From positions 15,662 to 79,661 of the IMG/VR virus record IMGVR_UViG_3300005099_000065: a DNA stretch of 64,000 bases; one strand, 5' to 3'. The notes beneath the pieces were generated by a model. It ran no database searches. It worked only from the letters and a program-made list of their open reading frames with translations, and was not told where the DNA came from. A program made the position numbers and the translations under genes. Positions 61,963-64,000 of this stretch are shown here, piece by piece (within the stretch, counting starts at the first letter, position 1; the number at the start of each line of letters is the position of its first letter). Source of the DNA: a virus.

Positions 61963-64000
61963 AAAAGTATTATTATTTGTCTTCACTGAGCGATGAGGAA
62001 AGAAAGCTAGCCGAAAAAGATTGCAAAGCATGGATAGAAATATTCAGAATTGGCAAGTGGAAACATCCCCAATATGGATGGATTGTAGCTACTAGGGAAA
62101 TGTTTGAGTCTTTTATACGCAACTGGAAAAACAAGGTTATTGGCAGGGAATTGAGCTTTGATTTTCATCATCGTCCTGAATGGGGAGCAGCTGCTTGGGT
62201 GAAGGATATGAAGATAGAAGGGGACAGATTGAAAGCATATGTGGAGTTTACGCCCAGGGGATGCGAGGCAGTGAAAAACAAAGAGTTTATCTATTTCTCG
62301 CCCGAATATGTTGATGATTATGTGGATAAAGAAAATCCATCCATTCATTACGGACCCACATTGTTGGGGGGAGGATTGACCAACACTCCATTCCTTACCA
62401 ACCTAGCGCCCATTGTATTATCGGAATGTGTGGAAAACCAAATGTATGAATTTCAAGCATGCGTGGGTCCCGAGTGTGAGAAAGCTTTGATTTCAGCTCA
62501 AACAGCAGACATCCACACACCACAATATTTGCCAAATTTGGAGATTGATTATTCAGACCCAACTTCAATAGAAACAGCTTGGGAATCATTGGAGCATCAA
62601 TACAAATCTGAAACAAATGAAAAGAGAAGGAAAGAGCTTTTAAAATTGGCTCGTGAGATTTTTGACAAAGCTCAGTCAATGGGAGTCAAATTGAAAGGTC
62701 GTTTGGCTCAAGCAATAGCCAAAGTTTCAAAACTACAAGACATTTTGAACCATCTCCCTCCCTTCATTGAGTCGAGAGCTGTCATATCATTGATTGGTTC
62801 TCATACCAAAGGAGACCTAAGCTCTGATCTGGATTTGCATTGTCGTTGGGAGTTTTTGAGAAAAAGATTTGAGGAAGCAATTTGCAAATCTTTACCAGTT
62901 GAAATGGGTCCTGTTCACTTCGTGGACGAAAAAATGTTGGGGTTTGAAGAACCATTCACACAAGGCATTCCTCTTTATCATGTGCGATTGGTACGTTGTG
63001 ACCCTGTTGATTGGGCAAGTGAAAGGAGGCTCATTCCTTTACCCCATGACAAAGTGTTGAGATTTGAATTGGAGTTTCGGGCAGGTAAATTGTTGGATGA
63101 TAAAGGCTTCAAGGGTTTGAAGAGATTGGAGGGAGCTTTGGAGGATGGGAAAGTGAAAGCATTTTGGAGTGCAGAAACTGGATTTGTTTTTTATGAAGTG
63201 CAAAAACTGGATGGCAAGAGATTGATGGAAGTGGCGGACATCCAATCCCGATATTTGGAGGAAATGGCTGATGCTCATCCTTTGGTGAATCAAGCCAAAT
63301 TTTATTCAATCTCTCAGGCTAAAGAATTGTGGGACAAAGGATATGACTGGGTATTAGTGTGGCCAGATGATGAGATTGAGCCTATTCACAAGTTTCTTTT
63401 TCATCCCGAAAATTACAATCCAGCCAAGGTGAGAGATGACCAGTTGAGAGACGATTTGAGGATAGCCATCGCTCATTTGAGCAATTTGGACAAAGGTCGC
63501 AGATCAATGTTCAAATCGAGAGAAGAGGGAATCTCATTTTTGGAAAAGATTGTGGATGAATTGTTGAAAAGGAAAGCAATCACTTTCCATCCCGAGGAAT
63601 GGAGCAAAGCAGCTGAAAAATATCTGAAACCGATTTTGCAAAAGAGAGGTTTTAAGTTTGAAGACAATCCTAAACAATTGTCTCAATTTCCATCAAATTT
63701 CAAAGTTGATTTGGGATGCGGTCCCAACAAAGCTGAAGGTTATTTCGGAATAGATAAAGTATATTATCCTGGTGTGGATTTGGTTTATGACTGCAACCAA
63801 GGAATTCCTTTGCCTGATAATTGCGCAGATGAGGTAAGGGCTATTCATTCATTAGAACATTTTGATGACCAAACAGCCATTATGTGGGAAATTTGGAGAA
63901 TTTTGAAGCCTGGAGGAAGGTTGGTGTTTGAAGTGCCCTCCACCAAAGGAGAAGGGGCTTACATTCCCGACCATCGCAATTTTTGGAACAAAACTGTGGT
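61959..64000 (+). CDS. Mu gpI-like prohead protease fused to a nucleotidyltransferase-like and a class I methyltransferase domain (3' truncated by window)
   Basis: Hand-translated; no stop in ~680 codons. Protease: IFRIGKW.HP.YG, FDFHH, FSPEY, GGGLTNTPF. NTase: LIGS...SDLDL. MTase: VDLGCGPNK...GID...HSLEH...RILKPGG. Confidence 0.82.
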   Translation, partial: MKKYYYLSSLSDEERKLAEKDCKAWIEIFRIGKWKHPQYGWIVATREMFESFIRNWKNKVIGRELSFDFHHRPEWGAAAWVKDMKIEGDRLKAYVEFTPRGCEAVKNKEFIYFSPEYVDDYVDKENPSIHYGPTLLGGGLTNTPFLTNLAPIVLSECVENQMYEFQACVGPECEKALISAQTADIHTPQYLPNLEIDYSDPTSIETAWESLEHQYKSETNEKRRKELLKLAREIFDKAQSMGVKLKGRLAQAIAKVSKLQDILNHLPPFIESRAVISLIGSHTKGDLSSDLDLHCRWEFLRKRFEEAICKSLPVEMGPVHFVDEKMLGFEEPFTQGIPLYHVRLVRCDPVDWASERRLIPLPHDKVLRFELEFRAGKLLDDKGFKGLKRLEGALEDGKVKAFWSAETGFVFYEVQKLDGKRLMEVADIQSRYLEEMADAHPLVNQAKFYSISQAKELWDKGYDWVLVWPDDEIEPIHKFLFHPENYNPAKVRDDQLRDDLRIAIAHLSNLDKGRRSMFKSREEGISFLEKIVDELLKRKAITFHPEEWSKAAEKYLKPILQKRGFKFEDNPKQLSQFPSNFKVDLGCGPNKAEGYFGIDKVYYPGVDLVYDCNQGIPLPDNCADEVRAIHSLEHFDDQTAIMWEIWRILKPGGRLVFEVPSTKGEGAYIPDHRNFWNKTV

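Noticed and set aside
1-64000. Integrase/att sites, tRNA or rRNA genes, reverse transcriptase/DGR, inteins, transposases
   Set aside because: No supporting motifs seen. PolA, DnaB and TerL lengths leave no room for inteins. Lifestyle (temperate or lytic) cannot be decided from this window.
1-64000. Major capsid protein or tail sheath gene
   Set aside because: No ORF fits. The capsid gene is expected beyond the protease ORF, outside the window, so tail morphology remains an inference.

Overview
This window is part of the genome of a tailed dsDNA bacteriophage, probably with a long non-contractile tail (tube, G/GT chaperones and tape measure are present; no sheath is seen). No integrase, rRNA, tRNA or CRISPR array is visible, and the major capsid gene is not in the window. 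Layout: 1-6.7 kb, glycosyltransferase/NDP-sugar cluster. 6.7-23.8 kb, tail module with a -1 frameshift chaperone pair, two tandem paralogous tape-measure genes and an inverted terminase large subunit. 23.8-24.5 kb, repeat-rich non-coding convergence zone. 24.5-30.2 kb, minus-strand genes (PAPS-reductase family, PilZ, SF2 helicase, RfbB). 30.2-52.2 kb, replication/recombination genes (DNA MTase, primase, palindrome-rich putative origin, initiator, DnaB, UDG-PolA, clamp and loader, SSB, RecA, split Rad50/Mre11). Embedded in that block is a cluster of two radical SAMs, an MTase, a PLP enzyme and a DUF2156-like protein. 52.3-56.5 kb, lysozyme, HNH, a secreted six-heme cytochrome c and RuvC. 56.6-59 kb, small genes behind a strong promoter. 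59-64 kb, portal, MuF and a prohead-protease multidomain ORF that runs off the window end. The strongest candidates for new biology are the OmcS-like hexaheme cytochrome in a phage, the putative base-hypermodification cluster, the head-protease polyprotein and the duplicated tape measure. The host is inferred, not shown, to be a Gram-negative anaerobe such as a member of Desulfobacterota. All family assignments come from motifs read by eye; no database search was run.
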